Below are positions 12,983 to 27,805 of a stretch of DNA of 64,000 nt, in pieces. Source of the stretch: Eledone cirrhosa (lineage: Eukaryota); the NCBI GenBank assembly GCA_964016885.1, contig OZ024754.1, positions 33,294,001 to 33,358,000 on the forward strand, written 5' to 3'. Every line of letters begins with the position of its first letter. Position 1 is the stretch's first letter. The notes under the pieces were generated by a model. It was not told the DNA's origin. It did not search any database and was given only the letters and a program-made list of their open reading frames with translations. The translations under genes were made by a program, and so were the position numbers.

Positions 12983-14018
12983 TAGATCAAATTGTGACAT
13001 CTTAGGCAAGTGATATTGACCAAAGATCCCTGCTGACACATGCCTGGTACCTGAACCTGTGTAGACAGAAACTGTATGAAGTCCTTTAGGTCAAATTGTG
13101 ACATCTTAGGCAAGTGATATTAACCAAAGATCCCTGCTGACACATGCCTTGTACCTGAACCTGTGTAGACAGAAACTGTATGAAGTCATTTAGGTCAAAT
13201 TGTGACATCTTAGGCAAGTGATATTAACCAAAGATCCCTGCTGACACATGCCTTGTACCTGAACCTGTGTAGACAGAAACTGTATGAAGTCCTTTAGGTC
13301 AAATTGTGACATCTTAGGCAAGTGATATTGACCAAAGATCCCTGCTGACACATGCCTGGTACCTGAACCTGTGTAGACAGAAACTGTATGAAGTCCTTTA
13401 GGTCAAATTGTGACATCTTAGGCAAGAGATATTGACCAAAGATCCCTGCTGACACATGCCTTGTACCTGAACCTGTGTAGACAGAAACTGTGTGAAGTCC
13501 TTTAGGTCAAATTGTGACATCTTAGGCAAGTGATATTGACCAAAGATCCCTGCTGACACATGCCTGGTACCTGAACCTGTGTAGACAGAAACTGTATGAA
13601 GTCCTTTAGGTCAAATTGTGACATCTTAGGCAAGAGATATTGACCAAAGATCCCTGCTGACACATGCCTTGTACCTGAACCTGTGTAGACAGAAACTGTG
13701 TGAAGTCCTTTAGGTCAAATTGTGACATCTTAGGCAAGTGATATTGACCAAAGATCCCTGCTGACACATGCCTTGTACCTGAACCTGTGTAGACAGAAAC
13801 TGTATGAAGTCCTTTAGGTCAAATTGTGACATCTTAGGCAAGTGATATTGACCAAAGATCCCTGCTGACACATGCCTTGTACCTGAACCTGTGTAGACAG
13901 AAACTGTATGAAGTCCTTTAGGTCAAATTGTGACATCTTAGGCAAGTGATATTGACCAAAGATCCCTGCTGACACATGCCTGGTACCTGAACCTGTGTAG
14001 ACAGAAACTGTATGAAGT
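12983..14018. repeat. 104-bp satellite, 10 highly homogeneous units
   Basis: TCAAATTGTGACATCTTAGGCAAG recurs every 104 nt. Confidence 0.97.
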
Positions 14019-14239
14019 CGGTCTTATAGACTATATTTTTAATCCAAAATTGAATTCTGGTTGTGATAGCAATTGTATTGGAGACAGAAGAAATTGTAGA
14101 AGTTAATATAATTGTTGATACTTTTGGCACAAGGCCAGCAAATACCCAGTACATTACATGAAATAAGTACCTTATTTCATCGACCCCGTAAGGATGAAAA
14201 GCAAAGTTAACATCGGCGGGTTTCTAACAATTATAATAA

Positions 14240-14415
14240 TAATTGTTTCTACTTTTGGCACAAGGCCAGCAATTACCCAGTACATTACTGGTACTTTATT
14301 TCATCGACCCCGTAAGGATGAAAGGCAAAGTTAATCTTGGCGGATTTGAACTCAGAACGTAAAGGGGCGTAACTATCCTGTAAAGCATGATGTCCGACCC
14401 CTTATCGACACTACG
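14240..14415 (-). mobile_element. Major SINE, short variant; partial copy at 14112-14222
   Basis: Core and tail match. Confidence 0.8.
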
Positions 14416-14489
14416 GCAGGATATTTTTCAAATTCTTTTCTGGAAGTAGTGTAGTAAGTATAGTGCATCTACAATAGAAAATAGTAACC

Positions 14490-14665
14490 TAAGTAAACAT
14501 GAAAGAACAGCTGAACTCCCACTGTCATCGCCTCCACCGCTCTCGCCCTCCCCATCTCGCGGTATGGTGAGCAAATGGGGTCCCACGTGCTGGCCTCCCC
14601 ACAGCCCCGGCGGATAGAATGGAGAAGGCGTTTCCCCGGAGAATGATAAGGGAGATACGCTTGAA
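14490..14665. repeat. Unclassified GC-rich interspersed repeat, inverted copy at 23170-23335
   Basis: Clear similarity between the two copies (ACTCCCACTGTCATCGCCTCCA..TCTCGCCCTCCCCATCTC). Confidence 0.7.
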
Positions 14666-16142
14666 TTCACTCTGAATTCTTCTCAAAATGACCTTATGAA
14701 GACATGTCTGTGGCACTTCTATTTTTTTTTCCACGAGCAGGCTGTTCTGTTGATTGAACAATTGGAGCAGTCATCATCGAAACTGACGAAGGTCCATTTC
14801 ATTTTAGTCCTGGACTAAATACAGCAGAATGAGGTGGATCCGAACCAGTCACTCTTCAGTTTGTATCTGTCTACTCCCCGCCATCTAGTCAGCTACTACC
14901 ATCCGCCCTCACTTAACTTAAACAGCTTAAATAACAGTGTAAATAACATAGCATGAATAAATTAGGCTAAATTGATTAGCCAGGAGAGTGGAGGAGATGG
15001 GTGGTGGTGGTGCGGAGTGTCTACAGCGATGATGGGGGAGGGGTGAAGGTGGGGGTGGTTGCGGTGGTGGTGGTGGCGGCAGGTGTGGTGGGGTTGGTTC
15101 GGAGCAATTGAACTACTTTCTGATAGTGGTATAGGATATGGTGGTTATTGACTGGTTTGGAGGCATCCGTGGTGGTGGTGTTAGTGGTGTTGATGGTAGT
15201 GGTGGTGTTGATGGTGGTGTTGAAGGTGGTGGTGTTGGTGGTAGTGGTGGTGTTGATGTTGGTGTTAGTGGTGGTGGTGGTGTTGTTGTTGGTAGTGGTG
15301 GTGTTGATGGTAGTGGTGGTGGTATTGATGGTGGCGTTGATGGTGGTGTTGTTGGTAGTGGTGGTGTTGATGGTGGCGTTGGTGGTGTTGATGCTGGTAT
15401 TGGTGGTGTTGATGGTGGTGGTGCTGATGGTAGTGGTGGTAGTCGTGGTGTTGTTGTTGTTGGGAGTGGTGGTAGTGGTGGTGGTGGTGTTGGTAGTGGT
15501 GGTGTTGATGGTGGCGTTGGTGGTGTTGATGCTGGTATTGGTGGTGGTGGTGGTGTTGATGGTGGTGGTGTTGATGGTGGTGGTGTTGATGGTAGTGGTG
15601 GCAGTGGTGGTGTTGGTGGTGGTGGTGGTAGTCGTGGTGTTGTTGTTGTTGGGAGTGGTGGTAGTGGTGGTGGTGGTGTTGGTAGTGGTGGTGTTGGTAG
15701 TGGCGTTGGTGGTGGTGTTGATGCTGGTATTGGTGGTGTTGGTGTTGGTAGTGGTGGTGGTGTTGTTGGTAGTGGTGGTGTTGATGGTGGCGTTGGTGGT
15801 GGTGTTGATGCTGGTATTGGTGGTGTTGGTGTTGGTAGTGGTGGTGGTGTTGTTGGTAGTGTTGTTGTTGTTGGTAGTGGTGGGGGTGATGGTGGTGGTG
15901 GTGGTTTCAACTGTTAGCTATAACATATAAGAGTGTGGTGGTGGTGGGGAGAGGACTGTTTCAACATAAGCCATAGTTTTGACGATGGTGGGGTCGGGGT
16001 TAGATTAAGCTAGGCGATACACGTTAACTGCCGTTTGTTAGCAAATTAAATTTTCATAAGTGTGTCTGTTAAATAAAGTGACGACAGACTCAACAGAAGA
16101 GTGAACAAAGGGAGAGAAAAACATACTAGATGACAACTACTG

Positions 16143-16538
16143 AATAATTGTTTCTGCTTTTGGCACAAGGCCAGCAATTAATCAGTGTATTATTACTGGT
16201 ACTTTATTTTATCGACCACGTAAGGATGAAAGGCGAAGTTAACCTCGGCGGGATTTGAACTCAGATCATAAAGGGACGTAACTCTATGCTTCAAAGCATG
16301 GTGTCCGACTCTCTACCGATACTGCCAATCCACCTAACAAAAACAGAAATAATTGTTTCTACTTTAGGCACAAGGCCAGCAAATTAACCAGTACATTACT
16401 GGTACTTTATTTTATCGACCCCGTAAGGATGAAAGGCAAAGTTAACCTCGACGGGATTTGAACTCAGACCGTAAAGGGACGTAACTATGCTGGAAAGCAT
16501 GGCGTCCGACTCTCTACCTATACTGCCAATCCACTGCC
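16143..16538 (-). mobile_element. Two tandem major SINEs; the second is flanked by a ~20-bp TSD CCTAACAAAA(A)CAGAAATAAT
   Basis: Copies at 16143-16333 and 16349-16538; duplicated flank at ~16333 and ~16538. Confidence 0.85.
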
Positions 16539-16955
16539 CTAACAAAACAGAAATAATAGGGGTCCACCAGAACGCGCGCATGCGTATATAGATATACAGA
16601 GGTGTCGTTGAAATATCGGGTAGAATGCTTTGCCAATCAAACCGAAATATCAACTTCTTTTCTATCATCCTTTCCAGGTCGTCGATAAATAAAGGACTAA
16701 TACATTACTGAGGTTGATTCTTATTCTTCTTCTTCTTTTTCTTCTTCTTCGTTATAATCATCTTCTTCTCCTTCGTCTTTTTCGTTATCGTCTCCTTCTT
16801 CTGCTCCCTGTATATATATATATATATGTCCTCTTCTTCTCTAGGTTTATCATATTATTTGTGGTATTAAAACGTTGAGGGTTGGTGAAATAAATCACTG
16901 CCAATACTGGGATTGAATAATCACAACCGTAGCGGTATGTCGCATATCAAATCTT

Positions 16956-17020
16956 ATATTTTATCTGATGAAAACGTACTTAAACAACACAGTACCTTTG
17001 AAATATGTATAATAAAATAT
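16956..17020 (+). ncRNA. Hammerhead ribozyme (family A)
   Basis: atattttat-CTGATGA-aaacgtact..agtaccttt-GAAA-tatgta-TA-ataaaatat; 9-bp stem I. Confidence 0.75.
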
Positions 17021-17076
17021 ATATTTTGATTATGAGAATATTTTTCATTTATTAATATTTTGAATAATATTATACA

Positions 17077-17177
<101 letters not shown>

Positions 17178-17436
17178 ATGCTTTGGGAGGGTCATGTTGC
17201 CAATAAGAAACACACGCACCAGTTGCTTTCACTTCAATTTATTATAATAAATTTATAATAAATTTATAAATTTATAAATTTCTGGTTGGTTGGTTGGTTG
17301 GTTCCACAACCAGATAGTTGTTTATGTATTGTCATAGTTCTTTCGTCACACACTCTGTGACCCTCCCAAAGTATAACAATATCGGTTTCAACACACGATT
17401 TCAGATAAAGAATCTTGCTAAACAAATTCAGAAACG

Positions 17437-17479
<43 letters not shown>

Positions 17480-17619
17480 CTAACGAACGAACTGGATATT
17501 TCTTGCAAGAATCATCTGGTTTCTTGAAATCTTCGGTAATGAAATAATTATAATGTTGTTTATTATGTAATTAAATATATATATATGTCTGTATGGGGAT
17601 GGGTGGGGGGTATGTGTGT

Positions 17620-17808
17620 GTATCCCGGGTTCAATCGGGGGTAACCACAGTAAGTAAGGAACTCAATACATAGCAGAGTATAAATATTTGATATAGAAAA
17701 AGCTTCTACAAGATTAGAACTATTTCATTCGAAGGAAATCATCAGGAAAATCCTGATGATTTCCTTCGAATGAAACAGTTCTAGTCCTGTAGAAGCCATT
17801 TCTATATT
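17620..17808. mobile_element. Fold-back element family J with HHR-like core; second copy 19845-20041
   Basis: Palindrome 17686-17808 plus left tail; CTGATGA 17753 / GAAA 17772 and CTGAAGA 19981 / GAAA 20000; stem I obscured by the inversion. Confidence 0.65.
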
Positions 17809-17815
17809 ATATATA

Positions 17816-18260
<445 letters not shown>

Positions 18261-18289
18261 CTATATCAGCCTGTAGGTTGAGGAAAAAG

Positions 18290-18535
18290 AGGAGGGGAGG
18301 AAAGAGGTACAAACTCTTCCTACTCCTGGAGATGCGGGTGCACATTTTTTTTCGGGTATATGTGTTACCCTTATGTAATGTCTCCCCCTATTGGGGAAAA
18401 TCGACTAACTTTTTAAATTGCATTTGTGATAATATTTTACACGTTTTTATTGTATGTAAACTTCCCCCTTTGTATTTGTCCCCTTCTTTTGTGGCTAATA
18501 AAGAAACATATCTATCTATCTATCGATCTGTCTGT
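18290..18535 (+). mobile_element. LINE 3' end with (TATC)n tail, Tx1/L1-like; relatives at 38855-39200, 39865-40088 and 45190-45460 (-)
   Basis: Shared CTCCCCCTATTGGGGAA hairpin and AATAAAGAAA end; FVERW C-terminal motif at ~38875; clade assignment inferred. Confidence 0.55.
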
Positions 18536-18546
18536 CTGTCTCCCCC

Positions 18547-18608
<62 letters not shown>

Positions 18609-18613
18609 ATATG

Positions 18614-18667
<54 letters not shown>

Positions 18668-18889
18668 TATTCTCACACGCACGCACACACACACACATAT
18701 ATATATATTTATATGGGGAGTCTGTGAGGGAGTAGAGGGGGATCTAATGGACTCGTTAATTGGAACTAATTTCTTACTTATATATTTTAACATGGCGACA
18801 CAATTGCTACTATTTCCATAGCTACCAGCGTTTACTAATTACTATTGTGATGATCAGGTTCTTTGTAACAGCTCTTCATTACACTCTCA

Positions 18890-18922
<33 letters not shown>

Positions 18923-19018
18923 TCATACACACATACACACACATACACACGCTCTCTCTCTCTCTCGCTTCTCTTTCTCTCTCCATCTACCTATCTATTT
19001 ATCGGTGTGTATATGTAG

Positions 19019-19099
<81 letters not shown>

Positions 19100-19107
19100 G
19101 GGGGAGA

Positions 19108-19140
<33 letters not shown>

Positions 19141-19244
19141 TACACACATACACACACATACACACGCTCTCTCTCTCTCTCTCTCTCTCTCGCTTTCTCT
19201 TTCTCTCTCCATCTACCTATCTATTTATCGGTGTGTATATGTAG

Positions 19245-19325
<81 letters not shown>

Positions 19326-19334
19326 GGGGGGAGA

Positions 19335-19367
<33 letters not shown>

Positions 19368-19391
19368 TACACACATACACACACATACACA

Positions 19392-19427
<36 letters not shown>

Positions 19428-19499
19428 TTCTCTTTCTCTCTCCATCTACCTATCTATATTTATCGGTGTGTATATGTAGTAAATATATATATATATATG

Positions 19500-19500
<1 letters not shown>
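18890..19500. repeat. ~235-bp compound microsatellite unit, about 2.6 copies
   Basis: CCATCTACCTATCTAT..TTATCGGTGTGTATATGTAGTAAA appears three times. Confidence 0.85.
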
Positions 19501-19551
<51 letters not shown>

Positions 19552-19681
19552 GGAGAGAGACATGGAGACAGATAGATAGATAGAGAGTGATTTGTACTGC
19601 ATTTTCATTACACGTTCTACGACCTAATCTGTCTCATTCAGATCTCTCTCACATTTTCACTCTCTCTTTCACTCCTCTCTT

Positions 19682-19734
<53 letters not shown>

Positions 19735-19796
19735 GTATGTGTGTGTGTGGGGGGGGGGTATTTACCTGTACACTTATATAGGTGCGTATATATATA

Positions 19797-19841
<45 letters not shown>

Positions 19842-20356
19842 GTAGGTCCCGGGTTGAGTCGGGGATAACCACAGTAAGTAAGGTACTCAATACATGGCAG
19901 AGTAAAAACATTTTATTTTATAGAAGGAGCTTCTACAGGACTAGTACTGTTTCAATCAGATGAAATCTTCAGGAAGCTTCCTGAAGATTTCAAATGAATG
20001 AAACAGTACTAGTCCTGTAGAAGCTCCTTCTATAAAATAAAAAAATATATATATATATTGGTAAAAGGGAAAAAAATGCTGACAAATTGTTCCCAGTGAA
20101 AAATAGTTTAATTATGAATAAGTAAAAATTAGTAATTAGTATTGGTTAGTATTCAGTTTTGGTTTTAAGTTTTACCGGTTGCGCATTTCTAATGCTTTTC
20201 AAAAATAATTTTGAGATAGAGCGCCCGTGATGTTTGCTCTAATCTGTATATATATATATATATACATAATCAGGAAAGAATACCATAACTGGACTATACC
20301 TAAGTGGACTGCATTTAACTATTATTTGTTACCCCGTATATATATATACATATATA

Positions 20357-20410
<54 letters not shown>

Positions 20411-20507
20411 TATATATATTAAAATATATATTTGATATATATTAAAATATATATTTGATATATATTTATCCTTATCGAGTCCTCTTTGGATTCAAGTTTA
20501 TTATTAT

Positions 20508-20643
20508 TACCCTTTATGATCTGAGTTCAAATCCCGCCGAGGTTGACTTTGCCTTTCATCCTTACGGGGTCGATAAAATAAAGTACCAGTAATGCACTGG
20601 ATAATTGCTGGCCTTGTGCCTAAAGTAGAAACAATTATTATTA
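20508..20643 (+). mobile_element. Major SINE, 5'-truncated short variant
   Basis: B-box, core and tail. Confidence 0.82.
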
Positions 20644-20890
20644 CTATATATATATATATAATCTTTTCCTGAGTCCTGTATTTTCGTTGCTCTGGTGATG
20701 CGGCTGGACTGCTGATCGCTATATTTGATTTGCTAAGCTGTCTAAACGTATTGTTATTACTCTGGGGGTACTATCCCCATCCGAGTGCTAAAGCTACAGA
20801 CCGAATTTGCATTTGTTAACTTGGCCGCGAACTAAAGCTTCGTTAATGCTGTACTAAAATGTGTATATATATATATGTGTGTGTGTGTGT

Positions 20891-21513
20891 GTCAGGTCAC
20901 TCTTGACTGCTACTGGTAACATGTAACCCAGTACAACCTGTCGCATAGTCGGTGCGTCGGCGACTAAACCGGCAACCCCACCAAATTTACTTGGTGAGGA
21001 GAAGGATTTTGGACACCCTGCAGGGCAAAAAATAAAACCTGACAAAGGGCGGAAGAACTCATAAGAGTCAACGACCATCCAAAAGTGTGTAAATATGTAT
21101 ATACACATGTACATATGTATGTATATGTATATGTGTATATACATGGGTGCATGCGTATTTATATGCGCGGGGACATAGAAAAAGTCGGGCTGGAGACCCG
21201 ATCGCGCGGTTAAACCACTGGGAGTGAAGGACCCCTAGCTTTTGTCAGGGCATTCTTCTAGGAGAATGCAACTCAGGAAACTGGGATAACTCCGATATAA
21301 AACCTGCGGCTCAGTAGTTACCGATGATGTTGATCTTTTCTTCTTTTCGGGTTATAGCTACTGTTGCTCAGAGAGTGGGATTGGCTCAGTGCACAGTCTT
21401 TCCTCACTTTAAAAAATATCTTCACGCACAGGCATTGCACGATAGAATTAATTAATAATTATTAATAATGGTATATCGTGCAATGGCCATACTTGATAAC
21501 GAGGGGGCAGCCA
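20891..21513 (+). mobile_element. ~600-bp non-autonomous retroelement family (5' TCAGGTCAC, 3' GCAGCCAYC); copies 23560-23740, 24011-24323, 29311-29918 (-)
   Basis: Shared ends; truncated copies keep the GCAGCCACC end; mostly flanked by (ATGT)n. Confidence 0.7.
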
Positions 21514-21598
21514 TCATATATATATGGGAGCTTCCAACAGACATGGTCGCATTCTTTTAAGGGTATGTCAATATTTGTTTATAAAACTGATCTATATT

Positions 21599-21664
21599 AT
21601 ATTTTATCTGACGAAAGCGCACCATAATTTGCTTTGGTGTCCTTGAAATATGTATAATGAAATA
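21599..21664 (+). ncRNA. Hammerhead ribozyme (family A)
   Basis: attttat-CTGACGA-aagcgcacca..tggtgtcctt-GAAA-tatgta-TA-atgaaat. Confidence 0.78.
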
Positions 21665-24600
21665 AATATGGTTTTATAAATATAGTTTCCATTTGTATTT
21701 TTACTCCAAAACTTTTGTTGAGTGCTTTATATCAGTTATAAAAATATTTGCTTGTTGTATCCCAACAAATTAAATATAACTTCTACATATATATATATAT
21801 ATATACATATACGTATACATACATACAACAGGCTTCTTCATAGTTTTCATCCACAAAATTTCTATCACAAGATATCAAACATTGTATTTGAACCTGTAAT
21901 CCTCTATTTTAGAAGCGAACTTCTTTACCACACAGCATGTTCGTACCTTTTTATATAAACGATAACTGTGGAGGTGTGGAAATAAACGAGAGTCAGCTAT
22001 CGCTATTCTACCCACGATGCTGTTTTATAAAAGTGAAAAAGAAATGGACACGTTTTAAAAGGAAGTTGTTTTTATATGACTTCCTGTATAATATATAACA
22101 TTCAATGTTAATGGTTAATTACTTAATAGCTTTGGACCATTTAATTAGCGTATATCTGTGTAGCCAGTGAGAATTTTAAAGAAAGCTCTCAACAGACAAA
22201 CTGTGGGATATCTATGCTGAGAAAGATTTACGATGAGCTAGTAATAAAAACTGAAATTAATTCTGAAGAGTTTCGGTGATAATGTCTTGTTCAGTCCATG
22301 GAGTCGCTACATCTGATCACTCATGTTATGTCCATTGTGTATTCAAGTAGAATCCATTTAACTAAGTGTGCTAATTCAACGTAGAAACCAAACAGTCTTT
22401 AGTAATTACACGGAAGTTGATGTTTCACATCAACAGCGACAATAACAACAAACAAAAGATTTTTATTTTATCATAATGTTCATCATTCCGACAATTTCTG
22501 ATGGGATTTATTTCTTCACTTATTTCAGTTTTCATGAAAATATTTTACCAAATGAAAGATATTATTCTCACTGGTTAGGTCACAAGTCCATCGAATACAT
22601 TTTCACTTCAATAAAAACTAAATACTACCAGTTACCTCAATATTGTCTACACCCAAACTAACACTTATGTTAGTTTTCATGAACATATTTTACCGAATGA
22701 GCGATTTCTCTCTCACTAGTTAGGCCACACATCCATCGAAAACGCTACAAGTTACCTCAATCTTCTCTACACCAAAGCAGGTTTCAAAATGTCCACAAAC
22801 TAGGAAACAACCTGATTATCCTTGACAAAGTATAGCAGTGAAGCGATTGCTATGGTGGGTTTGGCCAACAGCCGGATTTCTCCTTCAGGGGTTTGACATA
22901 ACTTCACAAATCAGCGAGGCTCCAACAGATAACGGGTACATTGAAAATTATTATATTACTAGCGGCCTCAGTACAAATTTTGAGGAGCTGAGCTTCACAG
23001 AACAAAAAAGGGCAGGGCTAAGTATCGGCCGCTCTCCGACAGGTTTGCAGTCGTGCCCCTAGCAATGGACACTGGAGTCCTTGGTCCTAAGGAACCTCCC
23101 TATTTACCACCATAGGCGCCGAGCTAGCTAGTTGCAGGTGTGAGCCTCGTGAGATGGAATGGCTCTTCCAGCGTATTTCCCTTACCATACTCCGGGAAAA
23201 CGCCTTGTCTATTATGTCCGCCGGGGCCGTGGGGCGGCGAGCACGTGAGACCCCATTTTCTCACCATACAGAGAGATGGGGAGGGCGAGAGAGATGGAGG
23301 CGATGACAGTGGGAGTTCGGACCTTCCATGTTCGAACACATTTATCAATTCTATGTAATTGTTTGGCTGTAAAGTGATTTAGATCTGGATGTATTTCGTC
23401 CCAGTGTAACTTCATTCTGTTCTCACGGAGACATTTTCTAAGACCAGTTAAGAAGTTACACTCCAACTGTAAGTTACACTCCAACTGAAGTTACACTCCA
23501 ACTGTAAAATTATGAAAACTATTTCAGAAATGTCGCATCCAATAACAGTATTGTTTTCAATGGTCAGTGACTGGGATTGGTCGAGTGCCAGGCCTTTCCC
23601 CACTTAAAAACTTTCAAAGCCCAGGCATTGCTTGTTCAGGATATGTTACAGATATTTGTGGCTGGCCGTAGCCTAAAAGTACACCGAACTCTATAATCTG
23701 ACAAGCAATTGCAGTATTCTTAGCAGAGTTTGCAGCCACCATGTATATATGTATGTATGATATATGTCAGTATGTATACGTATGTATATATGTATGTAGG
23801 ATGTATGTATGATGTATGTATTATGTATGTATGTATGATGTATTATGTATGTATATATGTATGTATGATGGATGTATGTATGTATGTATGTATGTATTAT
23901 GTATGTATGTATGTATGATGTATGTATGATGTATGTATGTATGTATGTATGAATGTATGTATGTATGTATGTATGTATGTATGTATGTATGTATGTATGT
24001 ATGTATGTATGTTGAATTGTTCTTCTTTTTGGTAAATATCATCTTGGTTAAGAGAGTGGGACTGGCTTTGTGCAGTGCCTTTGCTCACTATAAAAGCTTC
24101 ACAGCACAGGCATTGCTTTATATCTGGAGATCTCTCTGCACTTGTCGTCACATGGTACCATGGGCCCAGCACTATGTGTCAATAATTGTCACAGGTGTAG
24201 TGTTTGTACCAGAGTTTTCAAGTCGCTGGCTGGACTAAAAAGTCACACTCGTTCAGCGCATTGGTAGTTCTCCTACATGGATATAAAGTAGTGGCCATAC
24301 TCGAAAACGAGTTGGCAGCCACCATGTATGATGTATGTATTATGTATGTATGTATATATGTATGTATGATGTATGTATTATGTATGTATTATGTATGTAT
24401 ATATATATATATGTATGATGTATGTATGTATGTATGTATGTATGTATGTATGTATGTATGTATGTATGTATGTATGTATGTATGTATGTATGTATGTATA
24501 TATATGTATGTATGTATGTATGAATAAAACGAATGAGGGAGACGTAGATGGATAAAAAGTGAGAAAGAGGAGAGATGCGAATATAGGGTGAGAAAGGAGA

Positions 24601-24857
24601 AGATTGAACGGTAGAGACGGAAAGAAAGAGGGACAGAGAGGGAGAGAGAGAGAGACAGAGAGATAGACAACGACAGAGAAAGAGAACAGGAGAGCGAGAG
24701 AGGGAAGGAGAGAGACACAGAGGGGGAGAGACAGAGAGGGAAAGAGAGAGACACAGAGGGGAAGAAACAGAGAGGGAACGAGAGAGAGACACTAAGGGCG
24801 AGAGACAGAGAGAAAGAGGGAGAGACAAAGAGAGAGACAGACAGAGAGACAGAGAAC

Positions 24858-24897
<40 letters not shown>

Positions 24898-25224
24898 AAT
24901 ACATTACGTGATTAGTTACATATGTAATGACAAACGCCATATTGAGGGCAGTGGAGGGAGCATTGTATCAATGCAATGATCAATACACGCGTGCACTTGT
25001 GTTTTTCTTCATATATTTGTTTTATAACATCCACCTCACAAAGCCATCGGCATGTATATCACTGTAATACTTCGTTTGTGTGTGATGGTTTGTATATATG
25101 TATATATGTATATATGTGCGTGTGTGTGTATGTATGTATGTATGTATGTATGTATGTATGTATATTTATATGTGGGGGGGGGGGGATGCGTGTGTGTATA
25201 TATATATATATAAATGTATATATA

Positions 25225-25338
<114 letters not shown>

Positions 25339-25412
25339 CATACATTATATATATATATATACACACATACATATATATATATATGCATATATTTACATAC
25401 ATACATATGTAC

Positions 25413-25444
<32 letters not shown>

Positions 25445-25487
25445 ATATACGTATGTATATATATATATATATATATATGCATATATG

Positions 25488-25548
<61 letters not shown>

Positions 25549-25693
25549 ATATGTATGTATGTCAATATATGTATATATACATATATATATACATATATAT
25601 ATATACATATATATACATATATATATATACATATATATACATATATATACATACATATATACATATTTCTCTCTACATATATATACATACATG

Positions 25694-25746
<53 letters not shown>

Positions 25747-26055
25747 TATGCATGTATGTATATATATGTAGAGAGAAATATGTATATATGTATGTATATA
25801 TGTGTATATATGTATATATATATGTATATATATGTATATATATGTATATATATATATATGTATATATATATGAGACAGACGTATGTATGAATGTATATAT
25901 ATATATATATATATATATATGGGGGGGGGGTGTATGTGTGTGTGTTTGTGTGTTTGTGCATATGTGTGTGCAATTATATCGTCGGCATTGTAAAGATCTT
26001 GCACGAACGATAACTGTGTTGTGGTGACACGTGACGGACACGTGTGATCACTTAC

Positions 26056-26225
26056 TTAAATGCAAGACCCTTTTTGGAGCCGAGCTAGAATGATGGTACA
26101 GAGACGCAGAGGCAGTGTTACCGTAAGCTACTGTTGGTGCAGACTCTCTAGTTCCGGTGTTTAATATAGGAGGCAGGAAGGAGAATTGGGGAATAGACCA
26201 CGGAACCACGGAACCACCAGAGTTT
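26056..26225 (-). other. Candidate exon
   Basis: Unique sequence bounded by TGTTTTATAG acceptor and GTAAGT donor on the minus strand; one open frame ([10 protein letters not shown]...KRVLHL). Confidence 0.35.
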
Positions 26226-26235
26226 CTATAAAACA

Positions 26236-26269
<34 letters not shown>

Positions 26270-26290
26270 CGTTTCTGAATTTGTTATATA

Positions 26291-26674
<384 letters not shown>

Positions 26675-26678
<4 letters not shown>

Positions 26679-27054
26679 AATATTAATAAAATAGATGTTC
26701 TGTTGATCAATTAAATTTTATTATACATATTTCGGAGGTACAACAGTACGTCCTCATCAGACAAAATATAATGATACATGACATACCCTGAGATGTTAAA
26801 TGGTTAAGATTTAATATCTTAACCATTTAACATCTCAGGGTGTGTCATGTATCATTATATTTTGTTTGATGAGGACGTACTGTTGTACCTCCGAAATATG
26901 TATAATAAAATTTAATTGATGAAAAGAACATCTATTTTATTAATATTTGTATTTTAATATTAATAATCTGGAAAATTATTTTACTGTAGAGTGCTTCCAA
27001 TCTACTGTAAAACTCATTCTTTGATGTACTCATTGAATCTTGTTTAACTCTTTA
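26675..27054. mobile_element. Family A fold-back element with two HHR copies
   Basis: Near-perfect palindrome 26675-26951 plus tail; intact HHR on minus strand 26715-26767 (CTGATGA-ggacgtac..gtacctcc-GAAA-tatgta-TA); plus copy has TTGATGA. Confidence 0.85.
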
Positions 27055-27134
27055 ATATATATATATAGATATATAGATATATAGATATATATACGATAAT
27101 AACAAATGGAAACTATATTTATAAAACCATATTT

Positions 27135-27197
27135 ATTTCATTATACATATTTCAAGGACACCAAGTTAAATTATGGTGTGCTTTCATCAGACAAAAT
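27135..27197 (-). ncRNA. Hammerhead ribozyme (family A)
   Basis: RC: attttgt-CTGATGA-aagcacacca..tggtgtcctt-GAAA-tatgta-TA-atgaaat. Confidence 0.78.
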
Positions 27198-27282
27198 ATA
27201 ATATAGAGCAGTTTTATAACTAAATATTGACATACCCTTAAAAAATGCAACCATTACTGTTGGAAGCTCCCGGATAGCATTT

Positions 27283-27320
<38 letters not shown>

Positions 27321-27524
27321 TTAGTACAGCATCAACGAAGCCATGGTTGCAGCCAAGCTAACGAATGCAGTTTCGATGTGCAGCTAAGCACTCGATAGGG
27401 TATATAACCCTAGAGTTATAACATTACGTTTAGACAGCTTTGCAAAATGAAGACAGCGACCGATAGAAGGGCCGCAGTGACCATAGCGACGAAAAAGACT
27501 GAACTCAGGAAAAATTTTACTCAC

Positions 27525-27805
27525 CTGGACCGTCACGTCGACATCATACATAACCCATAATACATATAATATATACCATATAACATACATTACATGTAAT
27601 CCACAATATCTCCGCTAGGTTTCTGTAAATCCGAAATCAACAAAATCCACTTGCAGGGGTCTGCACGTTAATGATTTTTGAAGATAGAACGATGGAGTTT
27701 TACTTCGTCAACAAGTTTTTCGTTCTGATCCGCTCGGGTGTTTTTTTTTTGCTAGAGTAAGCGCTGCTAGCAAACACATGGTTTTCCCAAATATGTAGAC
27801 ATCGC
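27525..27805 (-). other. Candidate exon ending in a hydrophobic ATG-initiated segment (MYVIWYILYVLWVMYDVDVTVQ)
   Basis: TTCAG acceptor, CAG|GTGAGT donor, unique sequence; ATG at 27590. Confidence 0.3.

Noticed and set aside
14780-14830. CTGACGA-ag-gtcca..tggac-TAAA hammerhead-like motif
   Set aside because: GAAA absent and no stem I pairing
23452-23506. AAGTTACACTCCAACTG(T) x3
   Set aside because: Ordinary local tandem triplication
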